The notes under the pieces: generated by a model
Database searches by the model: none
Told to the model about the DNA's origin: nothing
What the model saw: the letters and a program-made list of their open reading frames with translations, nothing else
Part shown: piece by piece, positions 24,237 to 37,536 of the stretch
How the letters are laid out: each line of letters opens with the position of its first letter
Position numbering within the stretch: the stretch's first letter is position 1
Assembly: GCF_018350175.1 (NCBI RefSeq)
Contig: NC_058368.1
Location: 183,150,001 to 183,214,000, forward strand
Length of the DNA stretch: 64,000 nucleotides
Origin: Felis catus
Lineage: Eukaryota
Direction: 5' to 3'
Program-made: the position numbers and the translations under genes

Positions 24237-26859
24237 AAAAATGTGACTTTAAACAAGAGTCAATTTAAGTTATCATCAAACTGGGCGGAGTTTAAGATGG
24301 TTATCAATAAAAGAACATACAACATCATTAAGGTTAGCTAGAAAGTTTGGGATACCTTTGTAAAATACTGGTAACAATGGAAATAAAATAAATAAATGGC
24401 CCTCAGGTCTCCTGATGCCCTATAGATTAGGTACTTCTTCCTTTAGGATCCCATTGGAGTGGGAATATCCTATAAGACTTGCAGATTAAGCTCAGTGAGG
24501 AGAAATCATCACAATGTGTCCCCCGTACTTGGCAAGAAAGAGACGTGGCATTATACTTAAATTGTGAAATTCATTTTGGCTGAGAAAGCCGGGTCTTGAA
24601 ATGTGCTTGCCAAGAGAGTAAAATGATACAAATATGCATGCTGAATTATACATAAATATGCATATATACATAGCCACCCACACACACCATGTTTGGATGA
24701 TAAATAGACCAAAGACTGGTATTGAGCTATTTAGATAGATAGCCAAAGGGTAGTCTAAGGAAGGCTCTGGCTGCATTGTACTTCAGGAGAACCCTAAGCC
24801 CGCACACACAGTAGCATGTTTTCCAGAACCCATTTAATCTGAGTTCAAAGGGATTTGAGGCTAGTGAGCTGTTAGGACTTGAAAGATGAGAATGGGCTGC
24901 GAGTGACACAAGCCACAAATCTTGAGCATATGGAAGGGGCTGACCCGCTGTGCTCCACACATGAGGAATTTGTCTCTCTTGGCTTTTTTGGAGGTGCTTG
25001 TGCTGAGACCCTGGGAAAGAACAGCTCTCCCAGCAAAGCCTGAAGTGACAAACACGTTATTCACAACACCTTGCAATTTAAGTTTGAGGCTGAATCTAAC
25101 GTGCTGGGAAAGAGGTCAATTGTAACAAACAAAGGGGAAAAGAGCTCCACAGCTGTAACTTGCACCATCAAAGCTTCTCAACCACGTTTATATTTCAAGT
25201 GGGAGGCAGAAAAGGGGTTTGAGGAAATAGTCCGGTTTCCCTCCAAACAAAACAAAACAAAAATGTTATGGTGTATTCCACCTTGTGAAACTGACAACTG
25301 ACACTGGGGCAAGTTAGCTTTGAAAACCTTGGGAATGAGGTAGAGGTGGGCTCCAGTTCATTTAAAAACGTTTATTTGATTTCACTGTATTTTTAAACCA
25401 AGGTAAAATAACTAAAGGTCAAACCACAAACAGTTCTTAACTCACTTCCCATTTCTCCTTTGCTTGTGATTTTTAAAGGTGTGGATGGTTTGCATTCTTT
25501 GCCTCTGCTTTCTGAGGCTGTGGGATATACAAAATGCGATGCCAGTGAACTGAAGAAGCTGAGCTATGTTTACATTGCTAGTGCCTGGGATTAACTTCAT
25601 CAGGTGACACTTGTTGCCTTATTAGGTAACAGTGGAAATAATTTGAATCTCTAATTGCTCTCAGGAACAAGAGGAAACACCTGCACCTTCAGTCATCCCT
25701 CCTCTCTAAGGCAGGCTTATGGGATTCTTCACAAACTCTCTGGTATTATGACTCCTCAGATCAATAATTGCAGTCCTTAAATTCTATTCCCTATGATGAG
25801 TATTTTTCCCCTTCTTGTAAAGTCATCTTTCACTTGTCCCTGTGAAATATATATCTTAATGAAATAATGGGCCCAAACAAATGAGTTTCTCTTTGGATGA
25901 CACACTGGTATGGCTTGCTGGATAGAAGATGAGGTAAAACATGAAGGCGGTGTTGATGATAGTGATTAAAACACCAGCTTTGACAGGGCAATAACTATAA
26001 AATCTTGCTGCTAGTAATAATCTCTACAATACAACCGGAATATCAGTGCACCATATGTCACAGCATAGCAATCCATCTCTACGAGTGTCACTTACTTAAG
26101 CAGGTTCCAGAAGAACCTATCATTATTTTTAAGTGGGGGGAAAGAAGGACACAATTCCATCGCCGTACTGCATTAGTCACTCCAGTTCAATCCTTCAGCT
26201 GACTTATTTATTTTCATGAAAAGGAATCTGTATACTTCAAGCTATTAGATCAGATATCTTGAGTTCTGTGGTTTACATTTTTTGTTAGTGTTCTTTGGAT
26301 CATTTATTCCTTATCATGCACGTATCCTGCAGTCTTTTAGGAGTCTGAGCTTGCTTTTTAATCATGTTTAATTTGAACAGCCAAAAAGTTTCTGATATTA
26401 TTCAAACACGTATGTTAATTTATTATTATTGGATATAAGAAGAATTGAATACCTGCAGATACAGTACAAGATGGGATTTAGGGCCAGAACAGAAACCAAT
26501 AGCAACAGAAGGACAACATAACAATTTGGCAAAAGAGAATCTTCAGAACCTAAAAATAAAAATGGTAACTTGCCTTTCAATTATATTGGACCTTGACAAG
26601 GGGTGTCTCTTGCATTACAGCAAAGGAACAGTGACTAAAGTAATTATTACCAGGCTCCAAGTTTGCAAAGCAAGAGATGTGGATAATGAATAAATTAATT
26701 GTACTGCTGAAGTGAAAAAAAATCATTTCCCTAGCAAATATTTGTTGAAAATACCATCTAGGGACTATTATGCATCTTATACATTTAATGATTATCATTT
26801 CAGAAGGACCTGCTTTACTTTTGATGTTATATCTCATATTAGTAAATTATTGGAGTCGA

Positions 26860-27240
26860 TAGGTTTCTGCAACTCAGTTCCCCATCTGTAAAAAGAAGAT
26901 AATAATACCTACCTCAAAGGGTTGCTGTGATTAAACAGTTGCTAAATGTAAAATGCTTAGAATAGTTCCTAGATCACAGTGAATGCAATACAGGTGATTG
27001 CTACTATCGTTTTGTTGTTATTTATAAGAGTTAATTATGGAGTCAGAGCAGATTTAATTCCAATCCTAGACTGCCAATTACTTGTTGGGTGATAGTGAGA
27101 TCAACTGGCACATGATTTAACCATTTGAAGCCTGTGTAAAATAGACAATGACAATTTCTTCCTCAAGCTGGGAAGAGTAGATGAGATCGTGCAGGTAAGC
27201 CCTTATACTTGGGTCTGGCAGAGTAAGTTACTTTTAATAA
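26860..27240 (+). mobile_element. Two adjacent MIR fragments
   Basis: 'ctcagttccccatctgtaaaaagaagataataatacctacctcaaagggttgctgtga' and 'tggagtcagagcagatttaattccaatcc'. Confidence 0.8.
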
Positions 27241-28435
27241 TCATAAAGGAATCTGCACGGTTACATTGCCTGCCACATTACAATAAGAAAATTAATCTAT
27301 CCAAGTAAATGGAATCTGCTTTTGTTTTCCAACCTTTTAAGTTAATGAATTCCACCAAAATCAGCCATCTTTTCCTGGAGAACATCCAGGCAGTCCCTGG
27401 CTGCTTATATCTTATATGTGGCTTTTTTCAAGATTTGATGAAAAGACCTGAAACAAATAAATTATTTTACAGAAATGGATGCAAATATTTCTTCTCAAAG
27501 CTAAGGTAAAACGTAGCTGGCTTAGAAGGACAAGACAAGTAATAACACACTCCTCTTTAAGCACTTTTCCAACAAAGTGGTATTTCAAATTTCTCAGCAG
27601 ATGGGGGGCTGGCGGACATGAGGACAGCTTGTTAGAAAAAGACTCAGACTGTTGAGTCCATCACATCTTTTTCTTTCCTTATTAATTCCCTGATCCTTAT
27701 TCCATGATATAACTTAACTATCTCTACAAGCAAAAGCTGTATCTAGTCCTCACTACCACTCTTTAGAAGCTTGTACAGTTCTTGAGGCATAAGCCAAGAG
27801 GTTTTCCCTAAATGAGAAACCGGCAGGAAACTTTCACCTGCTCTGCAGGCGAGCAACACTTTTCAGTGAATCTCAATGAACTCAGTACAACTGCTCTTTT
27901 GTTTCAGTGTTTGATGTTGCAGGTAGAGAAGATATTTCACTCCTATGAGTACTATAGGTCGGACTACCTCATTCAAACAGAAACATATCACCAAAGATTT
28001 AAAAGAAAAGGATGAAAGAGATAATATGGCTATACACAGAAAGGGGAAAAAAAGTGTTTTATTTGGTTTTTACATGGATAGAATATTAGCTACCTAAATC
28101 AGACCTACAGAGATGTGCACTAAATCTGTTTTTGTGCTCCCGTATCTTTCACTCTTGTTGATATTAAGCCAGTGGTGTTCCCATGGAGATATCTCACACT
28201 GTTCACTGAGGGTTTCTTTTCTAATTAATGATTAATGCCATCTCCTAATTACAGAGAGTGGCAGATTCAATAATGTGAAGGATAGTCAGAAACTTTGAAT
28301 TCCTGTGGTTTTCTTTTCAATCCGTTACTAATTTGTGGCACTAACGTGTAACTTTACCGTACCTTTTCCTTATCTGTAACAGGAAACACAATTTGAAAAC
28401 AAAGATGGAAACTTGTGGAAAACAAAACCTCAGGC

Positions 28436-28778
28436 CCTATTTGGGTGGCCTGTGTGCCAGATCCAGCCCCCAGAGGTAATTTTGCTGGCCAATGTTTTTA
28501 CAAGGTTTGGATCCTTATTTAATATTTAAGGAGTATTAAGAAGTCATGATTTGGATTTTGAGAGTTCAAGAGAACTTGAACAACTTGAAAATCTGGCAGC
28601 ATTACATTAGAACACCTGCAGGACAAAAGTTGGCTAGGTATCTAGTGTTTCCTTTAGATGGGGCATTTGCTTTTCAATTTACCAGAGATTCCATAATACT
28701 CTCTTATCTTATCCATCTCACCTTTCACCCATTTACTATACTTAAAATGCCCCGTAAGCCTTTGATTTTATGACCTCT
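28436..28778 (+). mobile_element. hAT-Charlie MITE (MER102-like)
   Basis: 'ggtggcctgtgtgccagatccagcccccaga', 'atctggcagca', 'cctttagatggggcat', 'tttgattttatgacctct'. Confidence 0.7.
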
Positions 28779-29074
28779 ACCTCCAATTATCAAAAGCCAA
28801 AACCCTTCACCATTAAGTCAACTAAAAACCAACCCAACATAAATGATTGTGCAGGTAGGTCACTCTGTTATTGCTGTGGGGTTACACTGACAAATACGAT
28901 CATCTCTGTTCTCAAGGATGTTAAAATCTAGAAATGGTGATCAAATGTATTCCAAAGATAATATAGATAGTTCTATACACCTGTTAGTGTAACTTACAAA
29001 GACTTTGGACACAGGGGAGGGGAAAGGGAAAGGGGAAAAATCCATAAACTACTCAACAAAGGGTGATTCTAGGT

Positions 29075-29406
29075 CTGCTCCGTCCAGTGGAAATATAATG
29101 CAAGCCACAAATGTAACTTACAAATTTCTAGTAGTCATAGTAAAAACAAAAACAAAAACAAAGTCAACTTAATTTTAGTAATAAATATTACTTATCCCAG
29201 TAAATCCAAAATGTCATTTCAACACTAATCAATATATAATATTTGAGACATTTTACTTCTCTTTTTCATACTAAGTCTTTGAAATGTCATGTATATTTCT
29301 GGCACCTACCAATTCAGACTAGCCACATTTACAGTGCTCAGTAATCACATGTACTTAGTATAAAAGAGCATTTCCATCATTGCAAAAAGTCCTACTGACA
29401 GTACAG
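29075..29406 (+). mobile_element. hAT-Charlie MITE (MER33 body with a MER3-like right end)
   Basis: 'gtccagtggaaatataatgcaagccaca', 'catactaagtctttgaaat', 'gactagccacattt', 'catttccatcattgcaaaaagt'. Flanks ttctaggt/ttctcgag resemble an 8-bp TSD. Confidence 0.8.
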
Positions 29407-30354
29407 TTCTCGAGCACATTCCAAGTAGAGGGAACCACAGAAATGCAGGCATACCAGACATATGAAAGCCAAAGTCATTTTCTGGAAGTACATTTCAATT
29501 TGATACAGGTCAGATGTGCAAAAGTAGTTAACACAAGTAAGATGCTTAGTAAGCTATGCAACAATTTTTTGGCTGCAAAAAACAGTAAAAAGTATTCAAA
29601 CTAGCATATTGCACATTATTGATGTCGAATGAAAAATTTATAAGTAAACCACCAAAATTTTTAAATTCAGAAAATGTTCCAATTAGTGGCATGTGCACCG
29701 GTATGTATGAAATTACTGGCTCACATAACCAAATAGTTCAGAGATGGCTATAATTTCTGGAAGAGGCAGATTTAGGTGGACTGATTACTTAGGATATTTT
29801 ATGTTTTACTAATACAACTGTTATGGTCACTTATATAAAACTCCGTTGCACTATTTCCAATGGCCTTTTAAATTTTTTCACTAATTTTATTTCTGACTGT
29901 TTCATTTAAAATTTAGCTCAATATATTTTCTATGGCTCAATGAAATGTATATAATCTTTTGTTTTTTATTAACATTATTAAGATATAAAGGATAAAAGTA
30001 TAAGGATAAAGGTCTAAGTGGATAAAACATCATGTAGAGGCATTCTGTGTGATATCCACACCTTCTCTTAGAAATCCAGGTTCATCTAGTTTATTACTTC
30101 TTGGTAATTTCCTTCCAATCAGGTTCTCAGACAATTCACTTACTTTCACAGTTATTTTACTTTTGAAGAGTTCATTCTATTTGATGATATTCTGCCATTT
30201 AGGTATATATACTGAAATATTTGACTTTAAATAAAATATTCAAATACTTTGAGAGAAATTTATTATAAATATTAGTGGGAAAATATGTCCAATTTATATA
30301 GTTTCTACTTGGATAAGAATAGCATTTGCAATATGTATCCAAAAAGTTTTATTA

Positions 30355-30389
30355 GGGGGTATAGCTCAGGGCTAGAGCATTTGACTGCA
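30355..30389 (+). pseudogene. Tailless retropseudogene of the 5' half of tRNA-Cys(GCA)
   Basis: GGGGGTATAGCTCAGGGCTAGAGCATTTGACTGCA corresponds to the first 35 nt of vertebrate tRNA-Cys and ends at the GCA anticodon. TSD CAAAAAGTTTTATT at 30340-30353 and 30388-30401. There is no 3' half and no poly-A tail. Confidence 0.9.
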
Positions 30390-32508
30390 AAAAGTTTTAT
30401 TTATTATATGAAAATATAGAATAAATCTAATTTTAATGAAGTTTAAAGTTGTATATGATATGAAGTTAGAGTTTTATTAAAAATATGGTATCATCATAAA
30501 TTAATACTGCATTCCAAGTGATAATTTTCATAGATAGTTGTCATAGCATCATTTATGTCTTTTGATATTTTACAAGTACCAAGTATTATCATTCTAATAA
30601 TGTACTACAAATATAATATAAAAGCATAGGGTTGTAGAGTAAGAGACTAGGTTTACAAAATTGCAATTACTTAGGAAATTCAGAGTTTGAAAGCAGCTTA
30701 TAGTAAGTCGTGATTTAATTTTTATTTAATAGAAGGTAAATACCTAAGAAACTGCTTTACATATTTTTACAGGCAAATAAGACTTAAATTACCAAATAAT
30801 TTTAAAATTATATTTTTATTTCATTATCCCAAGATATCTAAATAGTCTCTTGAGTCTCTTATCTCAGGAAAGGAGATTACTGAAGCGATTTTGCAAAAGA
30901 ATCAATGAAAACAATATTTTAGCCTACACTATCAAGAAAATTAAGGACTGCATGTGTTTATTGAATGAATTACCTTCAACCTTTACTATTAAGAGAGTAC
31001 TGGAAAATACCAGTCATTTAACTTTCAGTAATGCAACTGTAATGTTAAGAATCCATTATGTGCTTTTTAGTCACTCAAAAGATAACTGTTGAATGTATGA
31101 ATGTATGCATGCATGCATGACAATGGTAATCTTTTTGTTTTGCTTTTATTGTTTTGTTTTGTTGTTGTAGCTGTTGTTACTATTCTATTCTAATGAAGAG
31201 TATTGTGCCAAGATAGAATAGTTCCAAACGAAGACAAGTCAAAGTAAGAGGTTTACTGTGTTCAGTCAACAGTACTGAATGCCACCATTTCCTGCTCATA
31301 ATAAAAGGTACTATTTTGAACTGTCTGCTTCTGAATACCTGTCTGAAGCTGTCTACACGTTCTAAAGGTGCTAGTTAAGTATCACAGTTTATATGGCATA
31401 ATTTTAATTTAGATCGCATAAAAAATTGAATTCCCACACTCTATATTTGCAGATTCTAGCTCCATAGGATTAATTCTGCAAGTACTAAGAATCTATATTC
31501 TAAACAAGTCACCCTTAATTTTTTTTTTATCTGACCACTCTTAGTATAAAAAAACACTGTACCTATCCACTTAAATATATAAGAATCTTTAGGTAATACT
31601 TGTTTTATACTCTACCTCTATCCCCATCCCTACTACCATGTCCAGTGAACTGCAATTAATGTTATGTACTTGGCATTAATGACCCTGACAGAATTGATCA
31701 TGGAAAATATTACATATATTCCTTAAAACTGTCAAATATATTATAAAATATTATATTTTGTTGAACATTTTTAACATATTTATAATATCTGTTGTTTCTC
31801 CGATGTCCCAAAGAAAATTGAATTGCTTAGCTATAACAATTATCACCAGTATATACTTCCTTCAGTTTAGCATGATAATTCTCTTTCTCCCTCTTTCTCT
31901 GCCAATAACAAATGTATATCATTATGATTAGGAAAATTGTTTTAGAATCCACAGGCACTCTACCAGAATGGAATCTTATTGAAGGTGTCCTCTAATGCTA
32001 CCTGGGGTAAAGTTTCCTAGATATTTCAGACTTTGACTCTCAAGTAAACTGAGAATCACATCTATAGGTAATGAGATGAGGTCATCACCAAAATGTAGAC
32101 TAATAAAATAAAAATACTACCCTGCTTTCAACCAGTTCCTGCCACCAGATCTACATGCCATCTATAAACTACACTAACAATACAAATTCCAAATTCTCCT
32201 CTAAAAGAAAAACTCCAGTTTCCTCGACTTAAAACATTTCTAATACAAAATGTGTGGTGTTTTCCTGCTCATTGAGCAATTTTGACACTATCTGGAGTTA
32301 GCTCAGAGCCCATAGGTTAAGGAACTCAGAAGCACAAGACTGCCCCCAACAGCAGATGCCAAGTGCAAATCCAGGCTTCCCATACTTAGACCAGCTATAA
32401 ATTAAGAGTTCCCACAACCCCCTTCCCTAGTTCAGCAATTTGCTATAAAACCTCACAGAACTCAGGGAAACACTTTATTTTCTTTGTGATAACAACTCAG
32501 GATTTACT

Positions 32509-32679
32509 CTTTTTAATTTTTTTTTGGGGGGGGGGCAGAGGGAGAGAGAGAGAATCTCAATTAGGCTCCAGGCTCATTGTAGAGCCCCATGTCAGGCTGG
32601 ATCCCACAACCTTGAGGTCATAACCTGAGCTGAAATCAAAAGTTGGACACTTAACTGAGTGAGCCACCCAGGCGCCCCC
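32509..32679 (-). mobile_element. CanSINE (short tail) inside MER21
   Basis: Antisense head 'gagccacccaggcgcccc' with a poly-T start. Confidence 0.95.
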
Positions 32680-32722
32680 AAGAAACATTTACTTACAGTT
32701 ATGTGTTTACTATAAATGATAT

Positions 32723-33194
32723 TGAAACCACTACAGAAATGTAAAGATGGATGGAAGTTAAGATGAACACACAAATGCTTCAGTAAGCTTGACTTTGAAC
32801 AATTTTTTCTCTTCTTCATTCCTCCCTGTCCTCTTCACATGTTTCTCTATAGACTTTCGTTCCAGGAACTCAGTATCAATATTGACATCTTGGTAACTCT
32901 GATGTATACTTAGTAACAAGAATCAGATGGCCAGCTAGTTGAGACCACCTTGAAAACATGATGAGGAACATGGCTGGCAGCACCTACCAAATTGCTATCA
33001 AAACTACCCAGATCCTGTATTTTCCTATAAAACCCCTCAGCTTTTTACCCTGGGTGGGTCTGCAGTTTTGAAGGCATTAGCCTGCTGATGCCACCTTTGC
33101 CTGGCAAAGTAATAAAACTATTGTTCCTCTTTATCACCAAACTCTGGTTTTATGTTATATTTTGGCTCCAGAGCACAGAAGTCAGTTGTTGACA
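32723..33194 (+). mobile_element. ERV1-type solo LTR nested in MER21
   Basis: TG...CA ends, 472 bp, perfect 4-bp TSD ATAT (32719-32722 and 33195-33198), TATA box 'cctataaaa' at about 33023-33031 and AATAAA at 33111. MER21 sequence is colinear across the insertion. Confidence 0.75.
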
Positions 33195-33657
33195 ATATAA
33201 TAAAAAATACAGATAAATGGACAGATGAAGACTTACATAGGGCAATACATGAGGGCTGTGCATAGAGCTCCCACACCCTCTTTATATACGTCACTCTCCT
33301 ATGACTTACCGTGTTCACCAACCTGGAAGCTCTTCAAACCCTTTCTTTTATGGTTTTCATGGAGGTTCCATTACTTAGTTATGGAAAATTTAATCATTGG
33401 TCACTGGTGTTTAACTTAGTCCCCAGCCCCTTTCTCCTCCCAAAGGTTGGGGGATCGTGCTGAAAGTCCTAAATCTAATCACATGGTTGTTTCCTCTGTA
33501 AACTAACCTCCATGTTCAAAGGGTAAACTCTAGCATAAACTCACGTGTAGTTGAATGGGGCTTATTATGAGTAACAAAAAAAATGTTCCTCTCACTCCTA
33601 TTACTCAATGAAGTATATGATTTTAGGAGTTCTATGCCAGGAAATGGGGATGAAAAC

Positions 33658-33660
<3 letters not shown>

Positions 33661-33716
<56 letters not shown>
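33661..33716. repeat. (AT)n microsatellite expanded within MER21
   Basis: Direct reading. Confidence 0.98.
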
Positions 33717-34463
33717 TATTATGTAATGTCACAATATTGCATTACCCAATAGCATTGCTGAGTATTTTTATAAGATTTTCCTAATGATTTTATGAAGAAA
33801 TGAATGGAAGAGAGTATTATACTTAACTGACAAAACTTATGTTATTATTCATTCCTTCCTCAAAGTTTCTCTCTCTCTCTTACTGAAATCTCTCCTTCCT
33901 AAAGCATCTAATCGCCTCACCCTACACTGAGCTCTCAGATTGACATCTTATCCACACCCATCCTCACAAGAACAGAAGCTGCTCTTGTTCAGATCCACCC
34001 TCCTCTTTAGAAGTAAAGAACAAATTATTTTTTTTCTTTTACTGTCACTTTAGTAAAATGGAGTCAACAAAAACATACATGTGACTTGAATGTAGTGGAG
34101 TCAATTATGTTACTATATTTAAAGTTGGGTGGTATTAAGAAAAGGAAGTTGTTAAATAAAAGAGGATCAGGAAATTGAGATTGAGGTCAGAGGGAACAAA
34201 GAGTTCCCACAGATTATCTAGAACACTTGAATCTGTTGGGGCCAGAATAAAGAGGGTGGTAATAGCCCATGGGAGCCCTGCTGTTAGTTCGGGACTCAAT
34301 TTCAAATACCTCTACCAAGATGCCAAACATTATAAAATGGACCTGTATTCACTGACCTTGTAAATATTTATAGTACTAACTGGATATTTTTAAGCTATAG
34401 TAAGTATTAGGATCATTTATGAATTTCCACAAAAACAAACAAATTCCCTTCCAAAATTCTTAA

Positions 34464-34675
34464 AAATTTTTTATTATGTTTCTTTATTTTTGAAAGGCAG
34501 AGAAAGAACACGAGTGGGAGAGGGGCAGAGTGAGAGGCAGACACAGAATCCTAAGTAGGCCCCAGGCTCTGAGCTGTGAGCACAGAGCCCGATGTGGGGC
34601 TTGAACCCAAGAACCATGAGATCATGACCTGAGCTGTAGTCGGACGCTCAATGGAGTGAGCCACCCAGGCGGTCC
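34464..34675 (-). mobile_element. CanSINE (SINEC_Fc)
   Basis: TSD CCCTTCCAAAATTCTTAA at 34446-34463 and 34679-34696. Confidence 0.97.
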
Positions 34676-36394
34676 ATCCCCTTCCAAAATTCTTAATTCT
34701 GAGTGAAGTATGTACTGAAACTTCAATACCTGAATGTGGAACATATGTCACAATGGAACTTCTTACATTATTCAGCATTCTTTCCTTTGGACATTGATCA
34801 ACACAGCTACTTTTAAATGCTAAATCATCTCTAAATACCTACATTCCTAAGACAATAGCAATGTTCTAGTCCTATAGCTGTTTTTTTTTTCTTTTCTCAA
34901 ATACAGATTCTACTAAGATGATGATGCATACAGCAAACACAACCATAAAATATAAAGGATATACTCTTAAAATTTTATTTCAAATACATTACTCTAGCTT
35001 AAGTAACCAAGCACTTAGGCAAATGCTTCCTATGTTTGAGTATAAGCACTCATTTTGCTAAGTGAAGTCATGTGTTTTCAGATGACAATCCAAGTCAAAG
35101 TATTTTGCCCCTAGAGTCTTCATTCAGAGTATTTTCCTGTGGTGTCACAAGTGGATAAATACAACTAATTACTAGATTGTACATCCTGATATATGTTTAT
35201 TCGGCTAGGCAAACAACCCACCAAATGTACAATTTTCTCTTCTTAAAAAACATAGTAATTTAAATGCAAAAGATATGTTAATCAGTATTATCATTGAGCT
35301 TTTTCATATGTCAAGTTGGGATGCTTGGAATGATCATTTTGTTGCCAGCAATAAAGCAGCTTACGTTGGAAATCCTTTATGGAAATATCTCAACATTTTC
35401 AGTGCAATAGAGCCCACAGTCCCCTTGTCAGACTAAGGCAGCATGGTCCTGGCTTTTATAAAATAATAATTTGGTAGGTATAAACTGTTCCCAGCAAGAG
35501 TAGGGAAAGGTAAAACCTGGGATAGCTAGAATACTGTAGAAAAGACTTTATAAGACATTAAGAAGAATAAAAATTTGAAAATGAAGGGAATAAATAGGAT
35601 GTACTCTTCCAAATTACTGTACAAGTTCTTTCGAGGTAGAGGTAGCCATTGCAATATAAAAATTTGAAGTTGACAGGTTTTAATCTTAGGAGCGGTGGGA
35701 ACTCACCAGCATAAGGGTGCCCCTATTAGCATTTCCTACAGTAATTATTATTTTAATTGGTTGAAATAAACTATAATGCCCCAGGCCAGTGATAACTGTA
35801 TAGGTTGGCAGCTTTTCCCTTCAGGAAAGAGACCCATTAAGAAAGCATATACTTTGATGACAAAAAATTAAAAAGGAGTGTTGTTACTCATTTGTATCAA
35901 TGCAAAGTAATCTGGAATCTCTTCTCCATGTGCCCCCTCCACAAAACTCTGACATTGCAGATTTGTATTTTATATTCAGACAGAAAAGTTTCATTGGGGA
36001 GTTGTTTTGTAACTAGGAATTTACTCCAAATTGCCTCCAAACCTTCACCTCTGCCTTCCCACTTCATTTCCAAAGCCATGAAAACTCTAAAGCATTGTTA
36101 TTTTGTTACAAATCCTGGTTAATTAATAGGGTGAGTATATATAAACTCCTGGGAATCTATATCCTTTAAAAATGCAATTATTTCATTTCTGATACATTCA
36201 AGTGTATACTTTCTAAGTACAAAACTATACACTGATAGTATGAGATTTCACAAGAAAACATGCTGTTCCTCTCGTTTAAAATGAAGGTAATGAGATGCAT
36301 CTAAAATTTTATAAACTCATAGAAAAATAGAAATGTCATTTGAGAAATCTCATTATTTTACCTTGGTATGGGCTGAATTTCAGTTTTGGGGTAT

Positions 36395-36720
36395 AGACAT
36401 GGAGACCTATTAGGAAGATGATGTGTTAGTTCAGAAGTGAGGGCATGAAAGCTTGAGCAAGGATGGGGTTGCAGTGGGATTCTGCAAATAATGGGTAAAA
36501 GACTTGATATAAAAGTAGAAACAATAAGGTAAAAAAACTGTAAAATTAATTGTAAATTGTAAAAGAGTATAAAACCTGAAAGACTGAGAGAACTATAAAA
36601 TTGGAAAAGGGATGTTGAAGTGAAAGATGATTAGTTCATGTTAACATATGACATTGTGATGGCATACACATTTAAGATTTAGAGATCTACACTGCTAGGC
36701 ATTTTGGAGTGAGAAATACT
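36395..36720 (-). mobile_element. L2 fragment
   Basis: Purine-rich antisense L2 pattern 'ggagacctattaggaagatg...gttcagaagtgagggcatgaaagcttgagcaagg'. Confidence 0.5.
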
Positions 36721-37337
36721 TAGCAGTAGAAGAGAGATTCAGTTTCAGAAACATTCCTCAGTACCAGAGACTAAAGAGCATTTTGGCGTCTCAGAAGATA
36801 TGATGTAAATATTATGGCAAAAACATAGTATGCATATATCAATTTAAAAAATCATCTACCATAAAACCCAATAAACCATGTCAATAGATTGAATATCCAA
36901 ACAACATAATAATAGTGATAAATAGTTGTGCAATCTCAAGCACCATGGCTTGATCACATAAGAGACACGGTAATAAACACAAGCGACATTTTCCCATACC
37001 TTCCAAGAAATTAAACAGTGAAATGTTCTCAGAATAAAACTGAACTTTGATTTGCCCTAACCTATCCTATAAAATCTTTAAACTGTGTGTTTCCCTCAAA
37101 AGGTTCACTTTAGACCTACTCCTATCTTGCAACTGCTTTCACAAAGGCTTGAGCTAATGAATTTGTGGGTGATTCTTCTCCCATAATCTTTATAGCAGGT
37201 TAACCTTATATGGCCCTACATCTTGAGGATTCTATATAACCTTCAGTTGAATCCACTTCCCACTATTTTTTTTTTTGAGCAGCAAATTTGTAACTCCTTC
37301 TGGAGTTTGGCAAATTAATTGAGAAATATCCCAGAAT

Positions 37338-37356
37338 AGAGAGACAGAGAGAGACA

Positions 37357-37410
<54 letters not shown>
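37338..37410. repeat. (AG)n microsatellite
   Basis: Direct reading. Confidence 0.97.
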
Positions 37411-37416
<6 letters not shown>

Positions 37417-37536
37417 TAGCCATATTATATACGGGGGTTATCTGAGAAATAGAATCACAACAAAAGTACAATTTACATTATGTGGCTTTCCTACAAGTCT
37501 GCAAATTGCAAGAACACAAACAAAAAGGTTAATCTT

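Larger units (their letters stand above)
32205..33740 (-). mobile_element. MER21(B)-like ERV LTR, split by a SINE and a second LTR
   Basis: The reverse complement starts 'tgcaatattgtgac...ttggttttcatccccatttcctggcatagaactcctaaaa'. Also 'gacactatctggagttagc', 'cacaagactgcccc' and 'gtgttcaccaacctggaagctct'. Confidence 0.8.

Noticed and set aside
30355..30389. Functional tRNA-Cys gene
   Set aside because: It has no 3' half, T-arm or B-box. It is called a retropseudogene instead.
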